Assembly (NCBI GenBank): GCA_965215265.1 | Contig: OZ244048.1 | Location: 4,549,989 to 4,613,988 of the forward strand | DNA: 64,000 nucleotides | From: Candidatus Poribacteria bacterium | Lineage (GTDB): Bacteria; Poribacteria; WGA-4E; WGA-3G | Direction: 5' to 3' | In this document: positions 54,913-64,000 of the stretch, piece after piece | How positions within the stretch are numbered: position 1 is the first letter of the stretch | Layout: each line of letters begins with the position of its first letter | The notes under the pieces: model-generated | What the model was told of the DNA's origin: nothing | What the model saw: the letters and a program-made list of their open reading frames with translations, nothing else | Databases searched by the model: none | Made by a program: the position numbers and the translations under genes

Positions 54913-55736
54913 TGACTATAGAACTTCAAACACACAGTCTTGTAAAACGGTATACGCGCCGGGGCGTACTTGTTGTTAACGAAGTGAGTTTATCCGTTAG
55001 ACAAGGTGAAATTGTAGGGTTGCTCGGGCCGAATGGGGCTGGCAAATCAACTACGTTCTATATGGTAGTCGGGTTAATACAACCGAATTCGGGACGGATT
55101 ACCTACGGTGGTAGGGATATCACCTTTATGCCGATGTACCAACGTGCCCGGCTCGGCATCGGTTACCTCGCGCAAGAGACCTCCATTTTCCGGAAACTGA
55201 CAGTTAGAAAAAACCTTGAGGCAATTCTGGAAGTGCAGCGTACCCCGAAGGAGGAGCGAGAATCGCGTATTCAGGAATTGACAACAGAATTGGGTATCTC
55301 AGAGCTCTTAGAGCGGAAAGCGTATACGCTCTCCGGTGGTGAAAGGCGGCGGGCTGAAATAGCACGAGCACTGGCTGCCGATCCTGCGTTCATTTTACTT
55401 GATGAACCGCTCTCTGGTATAGATCCTATCGCGATCGCGGATATTAAGCTGCTCATCGCACATTTACGCGAACGAGACCTCGGGATTCTCATCACAGACC
55501 ACAATGCCTCTGAGACGCTCGACATTGTTGACCGGGCATACCTTATCGCCGACGGAAAGATTACGGTATCAGGAACCCCAGAGGAACTCGTCAACAACCA
55601 GCTGGCGAGGGAACTCTATTTTGGGCACCACTTCCACTACCGACTCGTAAACTCTGGAAGAAGCGAGGCACCGAACCCCCTAAATACTGCCACTGCTTTA
55701 GATACTGAACGCAGAACACCTCAAGGCGGTACTTAA
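54912..55736 (+). CDS. lptB: LPS export ABC transporter ATP-binding protein
   Basis: Walker A is GPNGAGKST. The ABC signature is LSGGERRRAEIARAL. Walker B is ILLDEP. The GTG start overlaps the lptA stop by 1 nt. Confidence 0.92.
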   Translation: MTIELQTHSLVKRYTRRGVLVVNEVSLSVRQGEIVGLLGPNGAGKSTTFYMVVGLIQPNSGRITYGGRDITFMPMYQRARLGIGYLAQETSIFRKLTVRKNLEAILEVQRTPKEERESRIQELTTELGISELLERKAYTLSGGERRRAEIARALAADPAFILLDEPLSGIDPIAIADIKLLIAHLRERDLGILITDHNASETLDIVDRAYLIADGKITVSGTPEELVNNQLARELYFGHHFHYRLVNSGRSEAPNPLNTATALDTERRTPQGGT

Positions 55737-55781
55737 TTCGAGACATGCACGACATATCTGCTTGATGAAGGGGTATATAAA

Positions 55782-57557
55782 ATGATCAAGCCTAAGATGA
55801 ACCCTACACCTCAACTGAAACATAAAGTTGTCATAACGCCTCAGTTGCAGCAAGCAATTAACGTACTTGGTATGCCTCAGGGGGAACTCAAGCAATTTAT
55901 CGCACTAGAATTGGAGGAGAACCCACTTCTGGAAATTAAAGAGGAATACGAAACGGTGCTGCTTGAAGAAGCAGAGGCAAATGAATATGTCGTGGATGTA
56001 CATACGAAGGAGGAGGCTGTTGATGTCGACTGGGAATTAGTGCTGAATGACCGAATTTCAACGAGTGAGTGGACAAATACACGTTATGCAGAAACAGATG
56101 AACCGTCTATAGACATCGCGGCACCTTTGTCACTGCACGATTACCTGATGGAGCAACTGCAGCATGGCGAATTCGACGAAATCGAATCTCTTATTGCAGA
56201 GCACATCCTCGGGAATTTAAATGACGATGGACAACTCCAACTGAAACTGTTTGAAATTCCACGCAAATTTGAAAGAGAATTGGATAAGAGAAATATATCC
56301 AGGAAATTGCACACTGTTATTGAGAAGAACCTGCAAAACGTAACCGGCGACAGTACGAAGTGGTTATCATCATCAGCAACTGTTCAGTTAAAAACCCCGG
56401 ATGCTGTTGGCGATGGAGGCCGTTGGAAAATCATTGACTGTGAGAACCGTAATACCTATACTATCGTAACGAATGGAACGGCTCCGCTCGATTTTTATCA
56501 ACTCACTTTGGAGGATATCGCCGAGGAAGTTGGCTGTGACGTAGCCATGGTCGAACAGGTCCTTCGTAAAATTCAGAACACTTTTGAACCCGTCGGCATT
56601 GCTTATAGAGATGTAAGGGAGGCACTGCTGATTCAGATTCGCAATTATGATGCTACTAACAGTGATGAGCCACATCCGCTCGCGGAAGCGATCTTGGAAA
56701 ATCATTTTACCGGTTTGTTGCATCAGCAGTTAGATGAGATAGCAGAGGCATTAGGGGTAGATATCTCGGAGGTTCAAGACGCAAAACGGTGGATTGGGAC
56801 GTTGTCTCCGTATCCGGGCCGCGGTTTTTCACATCCGAATACAAGCATGGCGAGAAATGTCGGGGCAACTGGCGCTATTGATTACGCGGTGCCTATCCTC
56901 CCTGATGTTGAAATTCGGCGCGTGGATTTCGGTGCTGCTACTGCAGATGAGCCATTTCATGTTATCATTGCCGACGACGACATACCGCGATTGAAGTTAA
57001 ATTCTTACTACGTCAACCTCCTGCAAACCTCCAGCCCGAAACTTGATTCGGAAGCAAAAGCCTGGATAGAAGAACGGTATCGCGATGCCTCTTATTTAAT
57101 GAACAGTATAGCACACCGCGAACGGACAATTGTCCGAGTTACAAAAGCAATTTTCGAGGAACAATCAAAGTTCTTAACCGAAGGTATAAGTGGGATCGGA
57201 CCCTTAACGCTCAGTACAATTGCTGAACGGATCGGTGTCCACGAGTCAACAGTGAGTCGCGTCACAAGCAATAAATATGTTGAAACGCCTTACGGTTTAT
57301 ATCCGTTAAGGTTTTTCTTTAGCAATGAAGTAACCACTGCGCACGGGGAGGGCGTTTCCGCCCGCCAGGTTAAAGTGCACATTAAGAAACTAATCCAGGG
57401 AGAAGTTCCAGAGACACCACTCAGTGACCAGGCTGTCAGTGATGCCTTGAAATCAAAAGGGATTCACATTGCCCGGCGGACTGTACAGAAATATCGTGAA
57501 GAATTAGGTATTCCATCATCTCGGCAAAGACGGCAAAGACGCAGTGCTAAAGTTTAG
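55782..57557 (+). CDS. rpoN: RNA polymerase sigma-54 factor
   Basis: Region I is LKHKVVITPQLQQAINVLGMPQGELKQFIALELEENPLLE. The C-terminal HTH and RpoN box is ARRTVQKYREELGIPSS. At 591 aa it is longer than typical. Confidence 0.92.
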   Translation: MIKPKMNPTPQLKHKVVITPQLQQAINVLGMPQGELKQFIALELEENPLLEIKEEYETVLLEEAEANEYVVDVHTKEEAVDVDWELVLNDRISTSEWTNTRYAETDEPSIDIAAPLSLHDYLMEQLQHGEFDEIESLIAEHILGNLNDDGQLQLKLFEIPRKFERELDKRNISRKLHTVIEKNLQNVTGDSTKWLSSSATVQLKTPDAVGDGGRWKIIDCENRNTYTIVTNGTAPLDFYQLTLEDIAEEVGCDVAMVEQVLRKIQNTFEPVGIAYRDVREALLIQIRNYDATNSDEPHPLAEAILENHFTGLLHQQLDEIAEALGVDISEVQDAKRWIGTLSPYPGRGFSHPNTSMARNVGATGAIDYAVPILPDVEIRRVDFGAATADEPFHVIIADDDIPRLKLNSYYVNLLQTSSPKLDSEAKAWIEERYRDASYLMNSIAHRERTIVRVTKAIFEEQSKFLTEGISGIGPLTLSTIAERIGVHESTVSRVTSNKYVETPYGLYPLRFFFSNEVTTAHGEGVSARQVKVHIKKLIQGEVPETPLSDQAVSDALKSKGIHIARRTVQKYREELGIPSSRQRRQRRSAKV

Positions 57558-57678
57558 TTCACGTAATATGAGTTCAGCTGGCCCGTCTAAAAAAACATGC
57601 TGGCTAAACTCGCAACACGCGGAGCAGAAGGTTGATATCAACTTAGCCTTATGGGTTCCGGAAAAAAGAAGGATGGTT

Positions 57679-58251
57679 ATGAAAATTAACATTAGCGGAC
57701 GCCAATTAAAAATCACGGATGACATCCGGGATTACATCCTCAAACGTAGCGATAAAATTGAAACCCGTTTCGGAGAAATACAAGAATTAAACGTCGTGCT
57801 CAAATCAGAAAAACATAGGTTTGAGGCAGAGATGATCGTAACAGCGCCACGAGCGTCTTTTCATGCAGAGAGCCACACGCATGAAATTTTCTCCGCGCTA
57901 GACATTGTGACGGACAAAATTATGAACCAGATCCGCCGTTATAAGGAGCGTGTTGTTAAAGATCGGCGGCATCGCCTACCGCATCGTGAAGTCGTCGCAC
58001 AGTTGAATCCTGAAGCAGTGGATAGCGAAACAGAGGATAAGACGCTTGATGAACCTGTTATCGTTGCTCTACCTGAGAAGTACGCATCAAAACCGATGAG
58101 CGTAACTGAGGCGTTAGCAGAATTACAAACCTCCGGAGAGCCGCTGATCCTCTTTTTAAATTCTGATACACAGCAGGTAAATCTACTCTATCAAGCGGAC
58201 GAGTTGATAGATGCAAATGCGTACGGTTGGGTAGAACCGCAGTTTACCTAA
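57679..58251 (+). CDS. hpf: Ribosome hibernation promoting factor (long HPF)
   Basis: I prefer the ATG at 57679, with AAGAAGGA upstream. MKINISGRQLKITDDIRDYILKRSDKI is the classic HPF/RaiA N-terminus. The C-terminal dimerisation-type domain is KPMSVTEALAELQTSGEPLILFLN. Confidence 0.88.
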   Translation: MKINISGRQLKITDDIRDYILKRSDKIETRFGEIQELNVVLKSEKHRFEAEMIVTAPRASFHAESHTHEIFSALDIVTDKIMNQIRRYKERVVKDRRHRLPHREVVAQLNPEAVDSETEDKTLDEPVIVALPEKYASKPMSVTEALAELQTSGEPLILFLNSDTQQVNLLYQADELIDANAYGWVEPQFT

Positions 58252-58384
58252 GCACACCGTGATGTGCATGGAGCGGCTTGTTGCCCCCGCACGCTTAGGG
58301 ATACCCTTTAAATAAACCGGGGGCTCCCTTCCGGATCTGCATGATTGACGTTTGCATTGAGGAAGCAGATTGCTATAAAACATT

Positions 58385-61045
58385 ATGACAAATCTTCCGA
58401 AAATTTACGAACCTCAAGCGATTGAGGACAAATGGTACCAATTCTGGCTGAAAAATAGGTACTTCCACGCAGCCGATAGCTCGGAGCTGCCCCAATTTTC
58501 TATTGTAATTCCACCACCAAACATTACGGGGAGCCTTCATATCGGACACGCGCTTGACAATACATTACAGGATTGTCTTATCCGATGGCGCAGAATGCAG
58601 GGATACAATACGCTCTGGATGCCCGGGACAGACCACGCCGGGATTATGACCGAATTGGTTATGGAGCAGAAACTAATTGAAGAAGGGACGAATCGGAACG
58701 CTCTCGGTAGAGAAAAGTTTGAGCAGCGGATGTGGAAATGGAAGGAAGAATCCAGTGGATACATCGTCTCACAACTTCAACAATTGGGATGTTCTTGTGA
58801 CTGGGAACGGGAACGTTTCACATTAGATAGCGATTTTGCTGTAGCTGTCCGGACCGCTTTTGTTCAACTCTACAACCAAAATCTCATCTATCGCGATACC
58901 TATATGGTGAATTGGTGCCCACACTGCAACACAGCTGTAAGCAATCTTGAAGTGGAGACGCGAGACATTGATGGCCATTTCTATCATATTCGCTATGCCG
59001 TTAAGGAGAGTGATGTTCAACTTGAAATTGCCACAACTCGTCCCGAAACGATGTTGGGCGATACAGCCGTTGCTGTACACCCCGCAGATGAGCGATACCA
59101 ACACTTAATTGGGAAAACAGCAATTCTTCCGATCCAAAACCGGGAGATTCCTATCATCGCAGACGAATACGTAGATAGAGAATTCGGGACTGGGGCTTTG
59201 AAGGTTACACCTGGGCACGATCCGAACGATTATCTTATTGGGCAGCGGCAAAATTTAGAACAACGCACGATTTTCACTTTGGATGGCCACATGAACCAAA
59301 ACGCAGGAGAAAAGTATTTTGGTTTATCCCGATGCGAGTGCCGCAAACAAATTGTCGCAGACTTGCAAAGCGAAGGTTATCTGGTTAAAACCGTTCCGCA
59401 CCGCCATGCTGTCGGCCATCACGACCGGTGCGGTACCATTGTTGAACCTATCATCTCCTTGCAATGGTTTATGAATGTCCGGCCCCTCGCGCAACGCACT
59501 ATTGAAGCGGTAAAAAAAGGGGACGTGAAGTTTATTCCGGAACGCGAAACCACACGCTTCTATCATTGGATGGAAAACATTGAACCGTGGCCGATTTCAC
59601 GCCAACGGTGGTGGGGACATCGGCTACCGATCTGGTATTGCAACGCTTGTGACACGGTGCTTGCTGCAATCGAAACCCCACAACAGTGTCAATGCGGCGC
59701 AACCGAAATGACTCAAGATGAGGATGTACTCGATACATGGTTCAGCTCAGGACTCTGGCCCTTCGCTACAATGGGCTGGCCCCAAAATACAAAAACCTTG
59801 GAAACGTTTTATCCCAACTCCGTGCTCGTCACCGGCTGGGATATTCTCTTCTTCTGGGTGTCCCGTATGATGATGCTCGGACTTGGTTGTATGAATGAGG
59901 TTCCGTTCCGCACTGTTTATCTTCACGGGCTTGTTGCCGACGAAAAAGGGGATAAAATGAGCAAATCAAAAGGCAATAGCATCGACCCGCTTGAAACTAT
60001 CGCAACGTACGGGACTGATGCCTTCCGGTTCGCCCTTGCAAACGTCGCGACACCAATCCCTTATGTACCGCTCCCTGAATCCCAAATTGAAGCCGGTAAA
60101 CGGTTTGCAAACAAGATATGGAATGCGGCACGATTTACACTGATGAACCTTCAAAAGCACCCACGTCCGGAAAACACCCAGCCAGATACTGTGCAAGAAC
60201 CGCAAGCGCTCGAACTCGCTTGGATCCAGAGTAGACTTAGCCATGCCATCAAAACGACAACAGATGCACTAGAAAATTTTCGATTCCATGAGGCCGTACA
60301 AACAGTCTATGCCTTTCTCTGGCATGAATTTTGTGATTGGTACCTTGAATTCACTAAACAACGACTTGCTCAGGCGGAGCCTGAAGCTTTGTGGGTAGCA
60401 GCGGAGGTCTTGGAAAAGAGCGTCCGGCTCCTTCACCCCTTTATGCCGTTTATAACTGAGGAGATTTGGCAGCAATTGTTGCATAACCGGGTCGGTGCTG
60501 TTTCTGAAGCGGCAGAGTCTGTTACTGTAGCACATTGGCCAGAATCCGCTGGCGAAAACCCACACGTAGAAGCGACTATGGGAATAGTGATGACTGTTAT
60601 TGATAACATCCGGAGCATACGCGGGGAATTGAATGTCCCAATCCGTGCTGCTGTAAAGGTACTCATCCAGGCACCAGATGCTGAGAAACGGGAACGTCTA
60701 AGTACATACCTTGGACAGTATCTCCCTGCTTTCATGCGTGTTCACAGCATTACAATTGCTGAGAGCCTATCAAAACCGCCTGCTTCTGCTGAAGCAGTCA
60801 TCGACGGGCTCGTCATCTATATCCCTCTTGAAGGTGTCATCGATCTGGAGGCGGAACGCGCAAGACTTAGCAAACGACACCGACAAGTGATAAAGGATGT
60901 TACAGCAGCCCAGAACACATTGGATAATCCCAATTTCATCAATCGGGCACCCGCGAAAGTCGTCTCACAAAAACGCGCACAATTGGAACGGCTCTTGGCC
61001 GAACAAGAAAAGTTATCTCAAAGTTTGTCCGTCTTAACGGAATAA
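58385..61045 (+). CDS. valS: Valine--tRNA ligase
   Basis: 886 aa. PPPNITGSLHIGHAL is the HIGH motif. DKMSKSKGN is the KMSKS motif. A C-terminal coiled coil is present. Confidence 0.95.
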   Translation: MTNLPKIYEPQAIEDKWYQFWLKNRYFHAADSSELPQFSIVIPPPNITGSLHIGHALDNTLQDCLIRWRRMQGYNTLWMPGTDHAGIMTELVMEQKLIEEGTNRNALGREKFEQRMWKWKEESSGYIVSQLQQLGCSCDWERERFTLDSDFAVAVRTAFVQLYNQNLIYRDTYMVNWCPHCNTAVSNLEVETRDIDGHFYHIRYAVKESDVQLEIATTRPETMLGDTAVAVHPADERYQHLIGKTAILPIQNREIPIIADEYVDREFGTGALKVTPGHDPNDYLIGQRQNLEQRTIFTLDGHMNQNAGEKYFGLSRCECRKQIVADLQSEGYLVKTVPHRHAVGHHDRCGTIVEPIISLQWFMNVRPLAQRTIEAVKKGDVKFIPERETTRFYHWMENIEPWPISRQRWWGHRLPIWYCNACDTVLAAIETPQQCQCGATEMTQDEDVLDTWFSSGLWPFATMGWPQNTKTLETFYPNSVLVTGWDILFFWVSRMMMLGLGCMNEVPFRTVYLHGLVADEKGDKMSKSKGNSIDPLETIATYGTDAFRFALANVATPIPYVPLPESQIEAGKRFANKIWNAARFTLMNLQKHPRPENTQPDTVQEPQALELAWIQSRLSHAIKTTTDALENFRFHEAVQTVYAFLWHEFCDWYLEFTKQRLAQAEPEALWVAAEVLEKSVRLLHPFMPFITEEIWQQLLHNRVGAVSEAAESVTVAHWPESAGENPHVEATMGIVMTVIDNIRSIRGELNVPIRAAVKVLIQAPDAEKRERLSTYLGQYLPAFMRVHSITIAESLSKPPASAEAVIDGLVIYIPLEGVIDLEAERARLSKRHRQVIKDVTAAQNTLDNPNFINRAPAKVVSQKRAQLERLLAEQEKLSQSLSVLTE

Positions 61046-61113
61046 TATCTGGATTTCTGTGGGGCTCAGGCTTGTAGTTTATCTCCCCGCCCATGTCCGG
61101 AAGGAGCACCAAA

Positions 61114-61521
61114 ATGGAGATTGAGAATAATGAAAGATGCTTTGTTTGCGGTATGAAAAATCCGTTCGGTTTGCAAGTTAAACCCGAAATTCTTGCAGAT
61201 GGTGCACAAGTGAGAATTGAATGTACGCCACCAGCGCATTTGCAAGGCTGGGCGGATGTGTTGCATGGAGGTATTCTCAGCACCTTGTTGGATGAAGCCA
61301 TTACCTATATCGGTATAGCGACTTTTGGCAAACCGGCTGTCACTGTGCAACTTGATGTTCGATTCCGCAATCCCTCTCCAACAGGTGTGAAATTAACTGT
61401 TTTAGCACAACGGATAAAGGCATCATCCCGCTTGGTTTTAGCTGATGCAAGTGTCACTCTGTTCGATGGAACGGTCGTCGCTACTGCTAGTGGGAAAGTC
61501 ATGTTAGCAAGTCGTAGCTGA
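61114..61521 (+). CDS. PaaI-family hotdog-fold thioesterase
   Basis: A GGAAGGAG RBS lies 8 nt before the ATG at 61114; the ORF track starts at 61093. CFVCGMKNPFGLQV and HGGILSTLLDEA are typical 4HBT/PaaI motifs. Confidence 0.8.
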   Translation: MEIENNERCFVCGMKNPFGLQVKPEILADGAQVRIECTPPAHLQGWADVLHGGILSTLLDEAITYIGIATFGKPAVTVQLDVRFRNPSPTGVKLTVLAQRIKASSRLVLADASVTLFDGTVVATASGKVMLASRS

Positions 61522-61542
61522 ACATCGCGGGCAAACGAAAAA

Positions 61543-63186
61543 ATGCCAAAGCAGCACAATCAGTTTTCTATACAAAAGACATGCGATACGGATGTTCTTA
61601 TCATCGGAAGCGGTGCGGCAGGTTTGCGTGCTGCGCTGTCCGCTGGGCAACGTGCTAAAGTGACGCTCATGACAAAGTCCGTTCTCAAAGAGAGCAATTC
61701 GCAGTACGCCCAAGGCGGCATAGCCGTTGCTATGAACGTAGATGACACAGTCGCGCTGCATGTAGAAGATACTTGTAACGCGGGGGACGGGCTTTGTGAA
61801 TTAGGTGCTGTTGAGACGATGGTATCGGAAGGGGTGCCGCGCGTAACGGAGCTCGTTGAGTGGGGTGCCAATTTTGATTGGGAGGGTACCCTCCCACGGT
61901 TTACGCGAGAAGCAGCCCATAGCCGACGACGCATTGTACACAAAGGCGATGCAACCGGACGAGAAACCACAGATGTGTTAATCCAACGCGTTAATGCCGC
62001 AGAACAGATCGATGTTTTAGCGAACTCCTTCGCTATCGATTTTTTTATAGCAGATGGACGGTGTTATGGCGTTATCGCAGTTGTTGAGAACGAACTAGTA
62101 TGGTTTCGGGCAAAAGCCACTGTCCTCGCCACTGGCGGACTCGGGCAGCTCTATCCGTGCACCTCAAATCCAGCGGTTGCAACAGGTGACGGCTTCGCTG
62201 CAGCTTGGCGTGCTGGATGTGAACTGATTGATATGGAATTTGTTCAGTTCCATCCGACTACGCTCTATCTCCAAGGTGCGCCGAATTTTTTGATTTCAGA
62301 GGCTGTACGCGGCGAAGGAGGAACGCTGATAAATATCCGCGGCGAACGGTTTATGGATAAATACCATCAAATGGGCGAGCTCGCACCACGTGATGTCGTC
62401 AGCCGGGCTATCTGGGCAGAAATGCGCCAAACTGGATTTCCATGTGTCTATTTGGATATCACCCATCAGCCGGCGGACTTTATACTGCAACGTTTTCCAA
62501 CCATCTCGGATATGACACGACACCATGGATTAGACATCTGCATAGACTTAATTCCAGTCCGTCCCGGAGCACACTTTATGATGGGCGGGATTCGGACGAA
62601 CATTGAAACTGAAACAAATATCCAGGGGCTGTATGCTTGTGGCGAAGTCGCATGCACCGGGGTTCACGGGGCAAACCGCCTGGCGAGCAACTCCCTATTA
62701 GAGTGCCTCGTTTTTGGGGCACGCGCCGGGGGGAATGCCGCCGCATTTGCGGATACGGTAGCAGACCTTCATCTTCAAAATATAGAGCAGAGCCTATTAG
62801 CCGGAGAAAGTTGTACACTCGACGGCATCGAAACCGCAAAGACAACAATCCGAGAAACGCTGTGGAAAAACGTCGGCATCGAACGAAATGGCGAGGGTTT
62901 AGGAGAAACGCTCGCCGAATTGGGAAAATTGGTTCAACTAAACGTGCATCGTACTGTCCACAATGGTTCTCTGCCGCCCTATGCAACCAGCACAAACATC
63001 GCGGCATTTGAAATGTTGAATATGCTGGAGACTGCTTATCTCATCACTGAGGCCTCGCTCATCCGGACAGAGAGCCGGGGGGCACACTACCGCACCGACT
63101 TCCCTGAGCGGGATGATTCCGTCTGGCAACAGCGCATTATTCTCACCCGTGGGAAAGCCCCTCAGTTAATAGAGTTAGACGGATAA
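61543..63186 (+). CDS. nadB: L-aspartate oxidase
   Basis: The FAD motif is DVLIIGSGAAGL. Further blocks are AQGGIAVA, HPTTL, GLYACGEVACTGVHGANRLASNSLLE and ESRGAHYRTDFPE. Confidence 0.92.
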   Translation: MPKQHNQFSIQKTCDTDVLIIGSGAAGLRAALSAGQRAKVTLMTKSVLKESNSQYAQGGIAVAMNVDDTVALHVEDTCNAGDGLCELGAVETMVSEGVPRVTELVEWGANFDWEGTLPRFTREAAHSRRRIVHKGDATGRETTDVLIQRVNAAEQIDVLANSFAIDFFIADGRCYGVIAVVENELVWFRAKATVLATGGLGQLYPCTSNPAVATGDGFAAAWRAGCELIDMEFVQFHPTTLYLQGAPNFLISEAVRGEGGTLINIRGERFMDKYHQMGELAPRDVVSRAIWAEMRQTGFPCVYLDITHQPADFILQRFPTISDMTRHHGLDICIDLIPVRPGAHFMMGGIRTNIETETNIQGLYACGEVACTGVHGANRLASNSLLECLVFGARAGGNAAAFADTVADLHLQNIEQSLLAGESCTLDGIETAKTTIRETLWKNVGIERNGEGLGETLAELGKLVQLNVHRTVHNGSLPPYATSTNIAAFEMLNMLETAYLITEASLIRTESRGAHYRTDFPERDDSVWQQRIILTRGKAPQLIELDG

Positions 63187-63216
63187 AGCACCGGGGGCAT
63201 CTCTTGTAGGTTTATC

Positions 63217-64000
63217 TCACTCACTCACTTTCCCGATAACCGAACCCGTCAACCGTTTCTGTTGCCCTATCCGTTTGCCCTCTTTGGTCGAATTCACCGC
63301 TGGTGCTTCGCGCTGCCCGTAAATTTCGACATAATTATCATAACTATTAATAACTTTTTTGATATGCAGACGCGTCTCTCTAATCTTAATTTTTTCTACA
63401 AATTCGTCGAGATCCGCTATATTCTTAGATTTTATCCATCGTCTCATGCGGCCGGGTCCACCGTTATATGCACCGGTTACAAGCATGGCGTTATTGTCAA
63501 AAAGGGAATTAAGATAGGCAATGTACTTAGTCCCCATTTGGATATTGATTTCGGGCTGTTTGAGCATCGTAGTGCGGAATCGTCGGATTTTGAGTTGACG
63601 TGCGAGAAGCTTGCCCGTAGCAGGCATGATTTGCATCAATCCAATAGCGCCTGCCCAACTGATTGCATCAGCACGATAACGGCTCTCTTCCAAAATCATC
63701 GCGTAGATTAAGTATTCGTCTACCTGATAGGACACAGCGTATTTCCCAATTAGTGACGCATAGTAGCGTGGATAGAGTACTTCGCGGAGTTTCCTGGTCT
63801 GCGAGGTATCAGTATGCACAAAAGTCTGGTTTTGGAGTGCTTGTTCAGCCACTTCTCGTGCCCGGTCATACCGTGCTGTCTGTTCATAACAGTTAATCAA
63901 CGCATAGAAAGTGTCAAATGCAGTTTGCAGCTCTCCGTACTCAATCTGGTAGTTTAGCTGGGCAATGGCATCCTCATAAAGATGGAGTTTCATTAAAGCG
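63217..64000 (-). CDS. Lytic transglycosylase (SLT domain), 5' partial at the window edge
   Basis: The catalytic block is ILEESRYRADAISWAGAIGLMQIMPATG, followed by AYNGGPGRM. The reading frame stays open from 63993 to base 64000, and the helical N-terminal region looks incomplete. Confidence 0.85.
   Translation of the reverse strand, partial: ALMKLHLYEDAIAQLNYQIEYGELQTAFDTFYALINCYEQTARYDRAREVAEQALQNQTFVHTDTSQTRKLREVLYPRYYASLIGKYAVSYQVDEYLIYAMILEESRYRADAISWAGAIGLMQIMPATGKLLARQLKIRRFRTTMLKQPEINIQMGTKYIAYLNSLFDNNAMLVTGAYNGGPGRMRRWIKSKNIADLDEFVEKIKIRETRLHIKKVINSYDNYVEIYGQREAPAVNSTKEGKRIGQQKRLTGSVIGKVSE

Noticed and set aside
1-64000. A search by eye for tRNA, rRNA, tmRNA, RNase P and riboswitch signatures in all intergenic gaps.
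   Set aside because: I found no T-loop GGTTCGAATCC-type motifs, rRNA-like conserved blocks or recognisable riboswitch cores (for example, no B12 box upstream of the TBDR gene). Absence by eye is not proof. tRNAscan-SE and Infernal/Rfam scans should be run.

Overview
The window reads as a chromosomal segment from an uncultivated diderm (Gram-negative-type) bacterium. I cannot assign taxonomy from sequence alone. About 50 credible protein genes are tightly packed on both strands. I found no rRNA, tRNA or CRISPR array.

Housekeeping genes:
- rpiA, pepP, folD, valS and nadB.
- A classical lptC-lptA-lptB-rpoN-hpf cluster.
- A lipid A acyltransferase.

Envelope, uptake and regulatory genes:
- A TonB-dependent receptor locus with its own TonB.
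- OmpA-family, MATE and MFS proteins.
- A multidomain M28 peptidase and an S55 peptidase.
- Two ECF sigma/anti-sigma pairs.
- A cluster of PhyH dioxygenase, HEAT-repeat protein, amidohydrolase and Gfo/Idh/MocA oxidoreductase, next to two large membrane proteins of unknown family.

The most unusual content is repetitive and probably mobile:
1. Two paralogous PD-(D/E)XK nuclease genes (2140-3360 and 42387-43310, both minus strand). Each sits behind a near-identical terminator hairpin, carries an identical TTGACA-18-TATACT promoter architecture, and is followed at its 3' end by copies of a ~165 bp palindromic MITE-like element.
2. That element occurs at three loci (1763-2134, 7690-7852, 42077-42251). 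One copy is nested inside another, and the central stem shows compensatory substitutions.
3. A near-perfect 150 bp in-frame tandem repeat lies inside the first nuclease gene.
4. A 526 bp segment is bounded by 24 bp inverted repeats (23155-23680).
5. An LRR surface-protein gene appears to be cut off from its RBS, ATG and signal-peptide n-region by an in-frame TAA next to a C9 tract.

All product calls come from motif recognition by eye. No searches were run.
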